Source: Azolla caroliniana
Taxonomy: Eukaryota; Plantae; Polypodiophyta
Assembly (NCBI GenBank): GCA_043228905.1
Contig: JBHGNT010000020.1
Span: 2,542,001 to 2,606,000 of the forward strand
Direction of reading: 5' to 3'
Length of the DNA stretch: 64,000 bases
Numbering within the stretch: position 1 is the first letter of the stretch; each line of letters begins with the position of its first letter. This document shows positions 10,525 to 25,800 of this stretch, in pieces. Below the pieces are notes generated by a model that saw only the letters and a program-made list of their open reading frames with translations, searched no databases and had not been told where the DNA came from. Both the position numbers and the translations under genes were made by a program.

Positions 10525-13500
10525 CTAAGGGTGTATTTGGCTGGTTTGAACATCATCTTTTCCGAAATTCTCCCCAGTTATTGGATCAATGTTGCTCCCC
10601 GAGTTCCGGAAACACTGAAATAAATACACAGACAATATCCATGAAAAGATAATGCTATTTATTTCATTGAGATCCATGTATTTGCAAATTCCTTAAAAAA
10701 TGACAGCAATCTACAAAAGAGAAAAGCAACAAATTACCCTCTAGCTTTTAGACATTTACCAGAATACCAGTAAGTTTCCACAACTTACCCAAATATCCAT
10801 TGTAGCAGTAAATTATGACCTGAATACCCTGTGGTACAAAATTTGCTACTAAAGGAGTATTCTGGCAACAATTGGAAACATAGGGGCATTTGTAGGTAAA
10901 TACCCAAATATTACAGGGTATTTGCATGTTTTTCCTATGCAAAACTATCCTGATAATAAGATTTACTCATTCAACTATTGTGGATACGAAATAGAAACAC
11001 ATTGACCAACCTTGTAGCATACAACTGATCCATTTGGATACACGGCAAAAAGTTTTGTTCCAAACCGTGAAAAGCATGACCCACAAGAACTCTGGTCTGT
11101 GATTAGTACACCCCGATTGCGTTGTTCCAATCTTGCGACGCGGGACTCGAAATTCTCAGCACGAGTAAGGTGTCTGACAATCTAAATCCATAAACTGAGA
11201 TATTGTATACGACTACAACCGACAAGTTTCAGAAGATGGGAAAAACTAAAAAAGGTTACCTGTCCTTCACGTTGCATGTGCACTCGTGTTCGTATTAGTC
11301 TAGCAATGGTACTGTAAGCAAGTTGAAAAGGCATATCTGGTAAAAATGCCTGCATGTGACAAGATGTAAGACCATAATATCCAAGGTACAATTTTAATTT
11401 AAATCAATCATTTTGATAGCAAACGTCAATGTGTTTTGAAGAAAGGAAACCCCCAGTCTCATAATATTCTTCATATCAATCATATATAACTCAGACAAAT
11501 ATTAGCTCACAAATGCAAAAAGAATGTACAAAGAAAATAGCACAATCTTTAAATTATACCTCCAGAACTTGAAGAGGATCAAGAGAGGTTCCATGCAACT
11601 GCAAAAGATGTACAGCGGCATTATACATGGGTTCTTTCCCTTCACCTGGCTTCAGATACAAATCTAATAGCCTATACCAACAAAATATAGATAATCAATG
11701 CACAATGGTTTTCATTCTAATCAAAAGCCTGGATTTCAAAAACAGTTTCACATGTTTCTTTGAAAAAAAAGAGAAGTTAATAGCCAAAAACAAACCTCAT
11801 GTAAGCATCTGGCCTACCAAGTTCCGTGCAATAATGTTCAGCTGCTTCAATATCCCCCAGCTTTCTGCCATCGGGGAGAAACATATACATTTAGAATGTC
11901 TCAGCTTTTAGTAATAAAGAAAATGGAATATTAGGTCAGAATACACATACAAGGCATATATCTGAAATACTTGCATCTCATCTCCAAGTTTCCTATATAA
12001 GATTGCCTATAAGATATGTATACCAAACCAGAGAACTTTAATAGCAAGTAAAATTGTGATAAATATTTGATTGCTAAGTAGACTTGATATGGAACTAACT
12101 TGCTCACGCCAAAGTTCAGAGCCTTGAATCAGAATTAGGACTGTATTGGGATCATACTTTTCGGATGTCTGTAATAACTGCTGCAATCTCTCTCTACTGT
12201 CATCTGAAACAGCATCACTCAGTATGAATATTAAATACAAACAGCTTATGAGTCCTATCCCTTCTATTTAATCATTTATAGGTCAAAAAATACAAGGTTT
12301 CACTGACCTAATCCTTTCAAGGCAACAAAAAACACGTTTCAAAATCAGTCTTAATGTCATACAAAATTTATAAGATTTCCCAACATGCCCATTGCTAATA
12401 AAATATTGCATCAGACGATTTACAGTTTTCATTAGAATTTGCATTCAATTGGTATTCAGATTCCTCACCAGCATCTTGAATATTCTTCAGTGCAGATTTT
12501 GCAAGAGATATAGCATAAAATGTGTGATACCGAGACTCATCAACCCCTTGCTCATGGACTAGCCATTGCAAATACCTATCAAGGAATATGAGGATGATCT
12601 TGTTTATAAAATATGTAGAGAGAAATCTAAGATTTATAATCAGTAGGTTCTCCATGTCTTCTTACCTCTGCTGAACGTAAACTTCATGTCTGTCCAAACT
12701 ATTCAATACATCATCTGCAAAACATATAGAAAACAGTTCAGAAGCATTCATGAATAAAAGGAAAACTGTTCAAAATATATCAATGCAAACTGGTCATTTC
12801 AAATGTTGCCAGAATAGTTTACTCTGAACAATAATTACTTTAATTTTACATTTGTAAGCTGAGTAGGCTTAGAATGTTTCAACGTTTCACTCTTTTAGAT
12901 AAATGATGCAATTATTGCACGATTGAGGGGAAGGTGATGGTGTTTCCTGAAAATCCTCAGTGTAATGCTAAAAATGGCTGCATATCTGTTTGAGATGATG
13001 TCTATATCTCTTCCTCATAGACTACTTGTCTATTCCAGATTGAGCCTTTGGTATGAGTTTTTTTGTTACTTGCAGTTTCTCATCACTCTAGGATATATAC
13101 AAAGAGCCTGGTATATAGTCTCTACATAAAATTAGACCTGGTTGATAATCTTTCTGAGCAATTTCTGGCCCAGAAAACGTGGAATAATTAATATAAACCA
13201 AAAACAGAATCTTCATAACCAAACCTGCTCAAAAATCTGCAAGTCCACCCATGGTTTCCACAGATGTGACCTGTGATTCTATTAGGTTTGACAGGCAAAT
13301 AGATTGCTGTTGAAGAATTGTTTCTGAGTTTGTTGTTTGGGCGAAATGAATCTTGTGTGGTTCCTACCATAAAGGTGTGTAAGAGAATACCATTCCCCAC
13401 ATGGCTGCTTGAATATCATGAGTGTGCTGGTAAAATTTCAAGTAGTTTTGGAGTCCTTGTGAAGTAGTTGTTCTAGAGCCACAAGTTTTACAGCCATTTT

Positions 13501-16500
13501 CTGTAGGTTTTCGCCTCACATTGAAATTTTCCACCAGCAATGTAGCATATTACAAAATTATTGTGATAGTGGCAGGCAAATAAGATAGAACCAGAAGGGG
13601 CCTGGGTATAAATGCTATGTTGGAAGTACGGAAAAAGGATTGGATTCAAATGTTGCTGTTTTATTTCCTTGCTGTGGGACTTATCATGGTGGATTTCGAG
13701 CTATCCAGATCTACGGATGAGACAGAACTCAAACAACGAGTTGATGGGGTTTTGAGCATGATTAATTTTGTGCCTGAAATGATCATGATCTATTTTGTAC
13801 ATAAAATTGAAATGATCAATATCATGTATGATATGAACATGACAGATTTCATTTAAGAAATACAATATTGATTTTGTTCTTGAACCGACATTTTTAGTAC
13901 CGATGAACATGAAGACTTAAAAGTCTATGAATATTTTTGTGGACAGCAGGAACCAACATTTGGTTCTCATATGGGACATAATAAACGTTTCAGGATTGAA
14001 TTTGGGTTTTTCAGAATATATGAAGACTTAGTAGCAGAGGATTGCATTGCCCTATATTTGAGAACCTTACTAGAGACATCGATCAATAGACATTAAATCA
14101 ATTCAGTTTGTGGACAGTTCTTTTAGTCGATTTAATATTGTAATTATTTATCAGTGAGAAGTCAGCAATGAAAATTCACATTAAATGATTTGAACATGAT
14201 TAAATATCACAGACCTTACCCGGTGGTATGGGCCTAGAACGTTTCGATGAGCTGAGAATTTGAATGGCAAGATCCTGGCTTACATTCAAGATCTGCATTT
14301 TCTCAATTATTAAAAATGATTGCATCAATATATTGATATTCTTCAAAATTTGACACCATTTTATTGAACAAATCATTTGACAAGCTTTACCCATTTAAGA
14401 TGTGTTAGCACCAAATCTCCATCTGAAGAAAACTCTAATAGCCGTGAAGCCTCCTTTGCAGCAGTTAATTGGAGAATTTGAGGGTCAACTTGATTCAGGG
14501 GTTTATCATCCTGAATTCTTCTACCAGATAATTTTCCCTTTCCTTGTATGTGAATACTACCTTCAGACAAGGTCTGCCACACTTGAAGAGCTAGAGGAAG
14601 CATTCCCTTTGCCTCGTATAAGAATGCTAATACACGTAGCTGTCCAGATTCTTTAAGCAAATTTTCTACCTCCTCCTGTGCCAATCATTTAGAAATATAT
14701 ATGAACCGTGCTTTAAAATATTACCTTATGTATAAACATTTCATCTTACTCTCTGCACTAGTGTTGATTACTCATGTTTTAAGAAGTTGAGTAGAAAGAG
14801 ACTGTTCGTTGTTATTCAAATTGGTAAGCTAGCATAAACAGCTGTAAAGTTTGTCAGGTCTCATTCCATTGTGGTCTTTAAAACATGTTAATCTAACTCT
14901 CTTTCTGCTCAGTGCTAACATGATATGCAACAGATAGCGATCATTCAATATTTATCCATGAATATATTGTGGGTGCTGGTATCATTATCTCAACAACAGA
15001 AGAGCAAACGTGTAGCATAACTGCAATTCTTATAATAAGAAACTTGGAGGCCCATACATTGCCATTCTTACAGTACCACAAATGTAGCATTGTGAAATGT
15101 AAGACTTTTGGGATTAACAAAACCCTCCAATTGCTTAAATTCGAGACCGTTTACATTTTCGTATTATGCAAACACTTGCTTACACTTGCTTGAATTAAAC
15201 AGATAACATGCATGATATACAAAGACAATTCTAGCTAATGATGCATAGGAGACTTCTGGGAGTTAACCAAAAGTTTCCAGTTGCTTGAATTAGAGACATT
15301 TTACATGCATGCATGCAGTTTGTACTGATCATTAACTTTATCATTATCTGGATAGCTATTGTTTGGCATCCTCACTTCCATATAAGAATGCCATGCATTC
15401 CTAAGGCCCCACCCATATAAGAATGTCCGTGTAAAAGTCCCCCCAATTTGTTACAATAGATTAGTTATCTACACACACTGGTAAGCCGTAACACCATTTC
15501 CATATACCTTGTTGATCATGAGTTTTTCTTGCCGTTCACTTCCAAGGATCTGTTTTTGAGTTAGCATACAAAATAAAACTTCAGATTTTTAACAAAAAGT
15601 ATAGCCTTAGAGAACATACCACAATACAATCATTCTTAGAAGCTGCGAATCTCTCCATTTCATCTGAAGCCCCTACTTGCAATAAAAGCCTCATGAGAAG
15701 AGTATCCACCCCCTCCTTCATGGTTAAATCCATAGACTTACTTCTTACCAGTTTAAGATATCTGATTGCATCAATAATGAGATTTAGAATGGATGTAATG
15801 GTGGCTAACCAGAAATAGAATAACTCTTGCAAAGAAACAGAAATAAGAAGCTTGGAAAACTGAGATGACAGATAGAAAAACAAACCGAATCACTTCTTCA
15901 ATAGCTTGCATTGTATACTCTTGTACAATAGTACTCCTACTTCTAGAAGAGGTGGCGATGTGACTGTTACCATTTGGTAGACCATTCAGGTCACTAAGTG
16001 ACTGCAGGATCCGGCCCCTTTGAATTGCTTGTAATTTACTTTCAATCACATTTTGTACAGCTTGTGGAGGAGGATGCAAGCCCCAATATCGGACTCTAGG
16101 GACCTACAGCATAAAAAGTTATGGCAGAAATGAATTGACATGAAATTAAAATATATTAGATGACATGAAATGTTATATTTATGTTTTCAAAAGACCAATA
16201 TTCAGCAAAGTTAACATACAGCAGACATTCATACAGATCCTAGATGGCATTAAAATATAGAAAAGAACATAGAAAGAGAGAGATGGTGATGATATAGTAA
16301 AGTCCATCAGCACAATCAGCCATGTAGATGCAGTAATTCCTGAAAATAATGCATGATGTTCTCATATGCAAGGCATTGCGCAGTGACATGTTCTTCTTTC
16401 CACAAGTGGCTGTGAGGCAACTACAGTCACAGAAAGTTTGGAGCATATCTTAAAGCTTTTACAATCTCATGCTGAGAAAATGGCAAAAGTAAAGCATCGT

Positions 16501-19500
16501 TTGCATAAATCATAAGCAGTATTGTGAAATGTCCAATGGCTGGTTTAGTTGGTCAATACATAGACCAAATACATTGGGTGATACTCACATGGTGCTAGTG
16601 AATTTTCTAGAAAAGCCTCTGTTTGTCTTCAACCTACATCTTACTTGACCGTATAACCAGGCCACCATTGCTTTCTTGCCTGTTGAATTTTGTTGAAAGC
16701 CTTCTTGAAATCTACATGGTTCATTGTGGCCCACAGAAAAAACAAGATCATCAATTTATTTTGGTTGGAACTTGGTTGTCTCACAACTTTCTTACAGTGT
16801 TTTTCATTCCATTCACTGAGTTGATGATCAGAAATACAGAATATAACTCTAGCCAAACTTATAAGATCCATCAATAATAATGCTGATTTCTATGCTTTCT
16901 TTTGTATAGTGTCTTGATACTGTGATACAGTTAACTTGCCAATCTTAAACCACCTGATATTGCCTGATGTGTATCCATTCTTGACACATTCGGCCAGTCT
17001 ATTTTAGCATTTCTGAGCATAAGTAAAGTGTATCCGTGGCATTGCCATTTTTATGTTTTTTACCCTTTTCATTACTGCCCTATACTCAAAAGCTTTCATG
17101 TGCATTCCAGAAAACACACCAAAGCTGACCCATGTGACATAGTTATATCAAAAATTCTTTAAGGTGAGAACAAAATAAACAGCCCAGATTAACTGAAAAA
17201 ACTCAAGCGTACTAGATTTGGTGATAGATGTACAAAGATTGCTTACTGTATGATGAAATCCATTTGTTGGCCTTATTCAAATTAACATTTGATACTTCAA
17301 CTATGAAACAATTTGCTTACCAATATAGAATAACATACCATTGATAAAGAACTCTAATCACATCACGAGAAAAAATTCATGGTATTACAAGTTCCAACAA
17401 ATTCAAGGTTTTATTCAGAGTTTAATTTTGTTTCAAAAAACGCACATAAATTATGCATTTGAACAAAGCAGAATGTTTGCCACCGCAAAATGCAAAACAC
17501 AGTCAAACTAAAGAGATTCATGCAAAGTTGAGAGAAAATCTTGGATATTTAATTCAAACCTTCCCTTGTACAGAAAAAAATATATAGATATTGATCATTT
17601 TAAAGTATGGGTCAATATTCTGCAAATCTTTAGCTCAATTTTAAAAATGAGTTATTTTTCAAGAAACAAAGTATGTTACTACATGAATTAAAGAGAGCCT
17701 TTGATCACCAAAATAGAATTTTCAAAAATGGAAAAAAAAACATTACCACACCACGCCAGCGGTCTGTCATATTTGGGAAAAAGGGAAAAATCTCTGCAGG
17801 ATGCATTACAGATGATTGCAAGAAGTGATCTATTGCATCTCTGAACCTGAGATCAAAAAATAATAGAAAGCCTGCTTGTGCATGAACCATAGACAACTTC
17901 TCCTTCGCATTTTCCAAACCAACTTCTACCGATGACTCTTCTGCCAAGGCTAAAGCCTCATCAAACTGTCTTTGCCTCAACAATTCCTTCAATTGTTCAT
18001 CCATAGAAACTCTTTCCAGACAATACACCTGTTCCAGTCAATATCTCAGTACATTTATAAATTAAATCTGGTGTAGTACAGAAGGCATGCTTCCTACCTT
18101 TCAAGTGATGGGACCAACGATCAGGGGTTAAAAAACACTATTTCGTTCAGCCATGGCTATTACATTTCAATTTAAAAAAACCCTCACCATTGATATGAAA
18201 TCTTAAATGTAGTATAATACAGTCCTGGTAGGGGTTTAAAAAGCCTTTTTTCATTGAACTAAGTTTATAGAACATATAAGTAATTTCAGGCTCAAATTTT
18301 AATGCTTTTAAAACTCCCACCGTTGGTCCCAACACTTAAGGATGGTGTGATATAGTTCTGATCTCTATAAATTAAATGGAAACATACCAAAACTGCCCCT
18401 CCCTTTTTATATATTTACCAGAATACAACAGATTTTATTCAATAATTATTATTTTTAAACTGCAAGGTTCCTGGGTAAACATCCAGAAACATAGCGGCAT
18501 TTTGGTGTTTTTCCAAATATTTAGTACACAGTTATAAAACAGGTTTTCTTCCCAGAATGTTTTTTAACCCATATAGGAGCTTTATCAGCATTTACATGCC
18601 ATCCAAGAAAATCCTACCTTGAAAGCACTGGAAACGACAAGAAACTTCCCATCATCATCCTCAGCAACCAGATGTGGAGCCACAGGTCCATCTGAGAGAA
18701 GAATCGATTGAACCTTGGCACCCGTCTTCCGATGAAACAATTCAACTACTCCTCTTTTCACAAGAACTACATATGCCGAGCTTTGGCCAACTGCATCCGG
18801 AATGTCTTTGAAAGCCAAGCTACTTGATGTAGGATTTCCGGATGAATTGATTGCCACACCAATTGAATCCATGAAAAGAAGCACTTCAAGGTCTTTTGGA
18901 AAGGTTTTTAGTAAAGGTGGACTGATAAGATCTTGTGGTAGAGAGAAGAGAACTGATGAATGACCATCAATCACAGAATGTAGAGTATATTCTTGGTAAT
19001 TTCCTGTTATAATAGAAGTTCCTAACCAAGCCATGGTTATTACTTCTTCGGGCCCAGGAAGCTCCTTCATTCTGATGGTAAACTTAGTATCAACTCCATC
19101 TTCTGTCTTTGAAAGCTTGGTTTCCTTTACAATCTCATACAATAATAGTTTCTGCTTAATTGCAACAACAAACCTTTCGATGCCAACTGATTTAATGAGA
19201 GAGGTATCTTGCAATTTTAACACATCTTCCTGTGACGAAGGTGGATTGTTAGATTTACTCTGCAAATCTCCTCCTGACACAGATAACATTCCTCCACGTT
19301 TGCTAGAGTTTCTTCCCGTTCCAAAAAGCCATCCAAGCTGTCCATGGCCAGCACTCTTTCGAGGAGTCTGAGGAGAATCCCACAATCCATCCTTTCTAAA
19401 CGATGAGGATGATGATGGTTGAGGTGATGATAGTGGTGGTGGTACACTATGACTTCTGTTGTAAAACTGAAAATTTTCCATGACACCGAATGCTCTGGCT

Positions 19501-20411
19501 ATAGTGAAAGCTCCTTTGGAAGAAGTGAGCCATTCCAAGACACAAAGATTGAACAAATCCAAAAGAACTACCTGTTTATCCAAGAGAACAGCTATGACAC
19601 CTGCACGAGGGAGAGTACAGAGGCAATCCAAAGGAGTTAATCCCAAGCTATTGCTACATGAGAAAGAGAGCTTGCTCTCTGTACTGGTGCTTGGGTTTTC
19701 TGGAGTACCACTTGCATCAAGGTGCAATGAAGAAGATGACTTTTCTTCAGAAAGGTTTGGGAAAGATGAATTTTCTTCAGGAAATCTTGGAGAAGAAAAT
19801 GAACTTTCTGTAGGAGATCTAGCATCAAAAAATGATGGGGATGATGGCTTTTCTGCAGAGAAGCGTGCATCAACAATTACAGATGGCGGAGGTGGCTTTT
19901 TCGCAGGAAATTTTGCATCAAATTGAGATACAGAAGACAACTTTTCTGCAGAAAATCGTGCATCAACGACTAGTGATGGTGGGGAAGACAAGTTCTCTGC
20001 GGAAATGTTTGCATTGGCTACTGATGGTGATGAAGAAAAGAATTCTGCAGGAAGGTTTGCATCGGCGATTGATGATGGAGATGAAGAAGACAAGTTTTCT
20101 GCTGGAAATCTTGCATCAACAAGGGAGGAGGATAATGTTGATGGTGATGGATGAGACCAGATGAAAAGGTGAATGTCTCCTGTGTCTGTACCAAGGTAAA
20201 GGAAGATTTGATCATCCTCTTTGTCTTTGCTGTTGCCATTGCCTTTGCCTTTGCCTTTGTTCTCGATATTGCAGATTGCAACAGATCGAATATTGCACGG
20301 CGTCTGCAGAAGGGGTGAAGCTTCAATGGAGAGCTTCAGAAGACCCCTACGAGATACTAAGCGTTCAAGCTGCTTCCTCTGCTGCTCGGAGAGAAGATCA
20401 TCATCATCCAT
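10525..20411 (-). CDS. VPS3: Vacuolar protein sorting VPS3/TGFBRAP1 (Vps39 family; CNH, CHCR and C-terminal Zn-binding region), ~15 exons
   Basis: Approximate exons: 20411-18618, 18028-17747, 16103-15886, 15761-15620, 14675-14391, 14292-14220, 12714-12666, 12575-~12424, ~12202-12101, 12006-11951, 11864-11796, 11671-11560, 11349-11260, 11181-11011, 10615-10525, with GT-AG borders. Motifs HAQAGFLLFFDLRF, VPRVRYWGLHPPP, SELWREQAILYRKLG, AAEHYCTELGRPDAY. The start codon is uncertain. Confidence 0.85.
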
Positions 20412-20873
20412 GAAAATAATAAAAGTAATTGCATCACTGGTGGATATGGCCCTGGAGATGATTCGAATATTCTCGCAAGCATCACCTGAGAGAACAAAAC
20501 TACTGTAGCTCAGACTTGGTGCTTTATCAGTGATGGGAGGAATACGGAAGCTGGTGACATGAAAGAATCTGGAAGGTCGTTGAAACCGAAGAGATTTACA
20601 GAGAGAACCACAAATTTGTTCACGCAATCTGCGATGGAGGGGAGGGAAATGGAATCTGAGGAAGTATGCAGAAAACCAAAAAAATTTGGTCTGTGCATAA
20701 AATCGCTAGAAAATCTTCAGAGAGTGTCAGTGATGGAGATATTATGGCGGAAGATCATGAAAGGCAGGCGCCGCGATGATGATTTCGATGCTCACTGATC
20801 TGATCGTAGTAGCGGAATGTGGGAGGTCCGAAGGAAGAAGAAGATCTGCGGAACCAAATCAGAAAAAGCTCAC

Positions 20874-21139
20874 CTCCTCCTCCTCCTCCTCTCTGTCTCT
20901 GTCTCTGTCTCTGTCTCTCTCTGTTCTTCTTCTTCTTCTTCTTCTTCTTCTTCGTCTGCGTCTCTCAGTTCTTCTTCTTCTTCTTCTTCTTCTTCTTCTT
21001 CTGCGTCTCTCAGTTCTTCTTCTTTCTGTGTATTTTTTGTCTACGTTCGTATGTCTGCGTATACGAAATTATTACATACATACATACAGACAGACATACA
21101 TACATACATACATATGTACATACTGTGTACATATGTATG

Positions 21140-21173
<34 letters not shown>

Positions 21174-21245
21174 TGTATGTATGTATCCCTACTACAGGGA
21201 TTTATATATGTATGTATATAGCATTCTCATCTCTAAACTTTTGTA

Positions 21246-21276
<31 letters not shown>

Positions 21277-21313
21277 TCCCTACTACAGGGATTTATATAT
21301 GTATACGAAATTA

Positions 21314-21365
<52 letters not shown>

Positions 21366-21560
21366 GTACATACTGTGTACATATGTATGTATGTATGTAT
21401 GTATGTATCCCTACTACAGGGATTTATATATGCATGTATATAACATTCTCATCTCTAAACTTTTGTAACTAATGGAATGAGTTTTTCTTTAAGGAAAATG
21501 TATATACATATACATGTATGTATGTATGTATGTATCTTATGCTATGTATGTATGTATCGT
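20874..21560. repeat. Compound microsatellite block: (TCC)n, (TCTGTC)n, (TTC)n, (CATA)n/(TATG)n with a duplicated higher-order unit
   Basis: Directly visible. The unit containing ccctactacagggatttatat occurs three times. Confidence 0.95.
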
Positions 21561-22399
21561 CACGCATAGTATGAAGCATACTACTATACGTGCATTCGCA
21601 TTCGAGTATGTTTCAATCATTTGAGTTATGGTAAACATCCTCGAAGTATGGTAAATGCCATAATTTCGTATTCATTATTTATTATAAGGTAAAACGTTTT
21701 TTAGGGTAAGAAAGATAAGGTGAAAAACGTTTTAAAAAAAAAAACTGAAGTATGTTTTCATAACATACGCATTCGTTGGAAAAGGATATTTTGCGAATGC
21801 ATTCGAGTATGTTACGTGCCATGTACAGTATGTAATGTATGTGCTCGTCTCTATTTGCAACCAAATCATAAAGAGGCCCGGTGAGGGAATCGCAACCACG
21901 AATGGTGGAAGGCGCATGCGATCCACACCGCTAGATATTTATCCAAAAAACCGTGCACCTTGCTAATAACCTGGCTGTGACCAACCTTTGTCATTGATAA
22001 CTCGGCTCACCGATAAGATGACTCTATGAGAGATAACCTGGTTCTGTAAAAGGTAAAGCACTTGAAATTTCTGTTGAGATGAAAATCTTTAAAAAACTTG
22101 TAAGATCATTAAAAACAATTCAGAGATCAAAATCTCTGAGTTTTAGATATAAAAACTTGGGCCATCCATCACCGGAAATGTAAAACAAAAGGTTAGAGAT
22201 CATTTCAAACATTGTTCCTTCTCAGATTTTGACCACAATTATAATTTGGACCACCCTTATAATTCGAGCAACAAATCTTTTGCTGAAGATACTAGAAACT
22301 TAAAATGGCACAAAAGTTCAATTGGGAAAAGCTTTAAAGATCACACATACTCTACAAAATCGTAATCACCATCCTCCTATATACAATCTCCAAGTTTGT

Positions 22400-22800
22400 C
22401 TGAGTATTCTTGCATTACCTCCTCACACACAAACATTGAAGGTAGATCTCGTAACACAATGCATGAGTTGGCACATCCTTTGATAGAGGTGGTTTCTTTT
22501 TGCCGAACTTACTTTGGTAACAAGTTGTCAACCCATGATTATTTAGCATGGAACTGACATGATAAAAGACGACGATTTGTTTGATATCATTCCCCATTTG
22601 CAACAATCCAACATTGATGGTCTTGGGCAATAACATTTGATATGGCATTATATAATGTACAAGATTTATCAACGATTGTCGTAGTTGGCCTCACATTGGG
22701 TATCCTTACAAATATAACTTTCAAGCAATTTTCCAATGCTATTTTCTCATGACTTGAGCCCCAATTAGCACCACAAATCATGTACCATGATTGGATCTTG
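22400..22800 (-). pseudogene. Mutator-like (MULE) transposase remnant, interrupted by the Copia element at 22806
   Basis: Minus-strand fragments PTTTIVDKSCTLYNAI and RRLLSCQFHAK (CxxH motif typical of MULE DDE transposases), with stops. Confidence 0.5.
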
Positions 22801-25800
22801 ATTCCTGTGCGGAATAGAGCTCAGCCACAACCGAGTCTTAAACACTCTATGGAAGAACCAATACGAAAATGAATATTAATGCACATACATAGAATAAGAC
22901 GACACCAGATGTTAACGTGGAAAACCCTAATTGGGAAAAACCACGAGAGCCCACAGACTCCAACTATCACTATGAGAGGAAGGATACAATGTGAGACTCA
23001 GAGGCAATGACCTCGAGCTCTATGTCTTCGCCAACCAACGGTTACAATAGAAAATGCTTTTTGTTTCTATTACAACAATAATAATAACAACCTCATAAAA
23101 CACTATTTTCCCTAGTTATATTTATACTCATATAACTTGCGGGCTATTTACAAATATGACCCCAACGGTCATGTCTGAACATATTTACAAATATCTTCCT
23201 ACTTGTTGGTTCATACTGGATCCGGTCAGACTCATTCCGGATCCATCCGATCCGGTATTCGTATACCTTCCGAATTCATTTGGTCTGGTTCCTCCCTTCG
23301 TCCCGTCTGATCTGACTCGTCCGGATCCCATCCGGATGGATCTATTTCTCAACAAACTCCCCCTTCACTCCGGCATGGGATGTCTCATCAGTCTGATCCG
23401 TGTCCGGTATAGGTCCAACTTGTCAGCAACCAGCACCGTGGTTAGCATGTCCAACCCGTTCTCCGTATGGATCTTCGTCAACAATAACTCTTTAACTTCT
23501 ACCTTCTCCCGGAGCTAGTGATATCTCCTCTGGATGTGCTTGGTTCGGGAGTGGTAGGCCATGTTCTTTGCGAGGTGGATGACACTTTGATTGTTGCAGT
23601 AGAGCCAGAATTCCTCCTACCGGATCCCTAGCTCTCCGATGAAGTCCTTCATCCAGATTACCTCTTTACTGGCTTCTACGGCCGCCATGTACTCTGCTTC
23701 CGTTGTCGATAGTGCAACGGACTTCTGCAGCCTCGACTACCACGATATGGCTCCCCCTTACATATGTCATAACATATCCGAACATTGACAGACTGGTATC
23801 CGCATCAGCCGACATATCCAAATATGTGAATCCTTCAAGTTGGGGTTTACTTAAGCCGAATCAAAGGCACATACTCGAGGTGCCTTTCAAGTACCGGAGT
23901 ATCCACTTGACCCCGGTCCAATGTTCTCTTCCCAGATTGCTCATGAAACGACTGACCACTCCGACAACATATCGAATATCTAGCCGGGTGCACACCATTG
24001 CGTACATCAAGCTATCGACTACAGAGGCATACGATACCTTTGTCATCTTCGCTTTCTCTACCTTTGTCTTCAAACTTTGCTTTCCAGACAACTTGCAATT
24101 TGTCGGAAGTGTCGACCCGACCAGCTTGGCATTCGACATGTTGAACCTTTGAAGCACCTTTGTCACGTACTTCTCTTGTGACAATCACAATAGTTTCTTT
24201 GTTCGGTCCTGGACTATATGCATCCCCAATATCTGTCTCGCCGGACCCAAATCTTTCATTGAGAAGGTCCGGTTCAAGGCCTTCTTCAGATTCCCGATTT
24301 TGGTTCGGTCTAGTTCAACGATCAACATGTCATCCACATACAACAAGAGTATTAGAAAGTCTCCTCCGTCGAACTTTTTCACAAATACGCAGCGGTCGGC
24401 TTGCGTCTTGTGGTATCCTTGGTCGGTCATGAAGGAGTCGAACTTCCGATACCATTGCCGGGGAACTTGCTTCAGTTCGTATAAGCTCTTCTTCAACCGG
24501 CACACTAGGTGCTCCTTCCCTTTCTTGACAAATCCTTTTGGTAGTTGCATGTAGATCTCTTTTTTGAGGTCACTGTGCAGGAACGTCGTCTTGACGTCTA
24601 GTTGCTTGACCTCGAGGTCCATGCTTGCCACAATGCTCAACACAGTCCGGATGGATGTCATCTTGATTCTTGACTACCGGGGCAAAGATCTCATCGAAGT
24701 CCACTTCCTTTTTCTACTGGAAACCCTTCATCACTATCCAGGCTTTGTATCTTGGTGGATTTCCGACGTCTCCTGGTTTTAGCTTGTACACCCACTTGTT
24801 CCAAAGCGCTCTCTTTACTTTTGGCAGCTCCGTCAATTCATATGTGTGGTCAAAAGGAATCCATCTCATCCTGCATGGCACTTAACCACTTGTAGTTGTG
24901 GGTGTCTTTCTTTGCTTCTTCGAAGCTTTTCGGCTCCCCCTCATCGATTAGTAAAACATGCTCTGCATCCAGGAATCTCCAGGGGGCCCTCCTGTCTCTT
25001 AGAGGGTATCTCTGTCCTTGGTTTTCAACCACCGACTCCTTTGTATGTTCTTCATCCGAATCCGATTCGGGGTCTTGTCCAGTTCCGATGTCTTATTCTT
25101 CTTCGGTCGGTCCAGTTCTTTGTCCGAATCCGGCCGGTTCATCACGGTCTTCAGTTGACATCCGACTTCCAACCGGATGTATCCTTGCATCTGCCACATG
25201 ATCTCTATCCGTCGACTCGAAGTCCACTATCTTCTTCTCTGATTCCCAGTCAGCAATGGTCTTGTCTTCCATGAGGACTATGTCTCGACTCCGAAAGACC
25301 TTGTTGTCGACCAAGTCCTACACCCGGTAGCCGAACTCATCATCGCCATATCCAAGGAATATGCATGGCCGGGACTTCGGGTCCAACTTCTCTCTCTTGT
25401 CCTTTGTTATATGTACGTAGGCAAGACAACCAAACACCTTCAAGTGCCGGTAAGACATGTCTTTATTGGTCCATACTCTCTGCGGTGTGTCTCCGTCCAA
25501 GGGCGCTAAGGGTGATATGTTTATCACGTACGTTGTTGTCATTAGTGCCTTAGCCCAAAACATCTTGGGCAGCTTAGCATGTGCCAACATGCTCCAGACT
25601 CTCTCCATCACAGTCTGGCTCATCCTTTTGGCCAATCCGTTCAACTCTGGCGTCTTTGGCACGGTAAATTCGAGCCGGATTCCTTTTGACCGACAATACT
25701 CCTCAAACTACCCCTGATACTCTCCACCATTGTCGGCTCGAACTACCTTCAACTTCCAATCAGTTTCTCTTTCCACCCTCGCATGGAACTCCTTGAAGAT

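Noticed and set aside
20412-20627. N-terminal extension of VPS3 in the ORF track
   Set aside because: It begins at a non-ATG codon and is probably 5' UTR.
20776-21472. ORFs with poly-L/S/F and MYVC repeats
   Set aside because: Translations of microsatellites.
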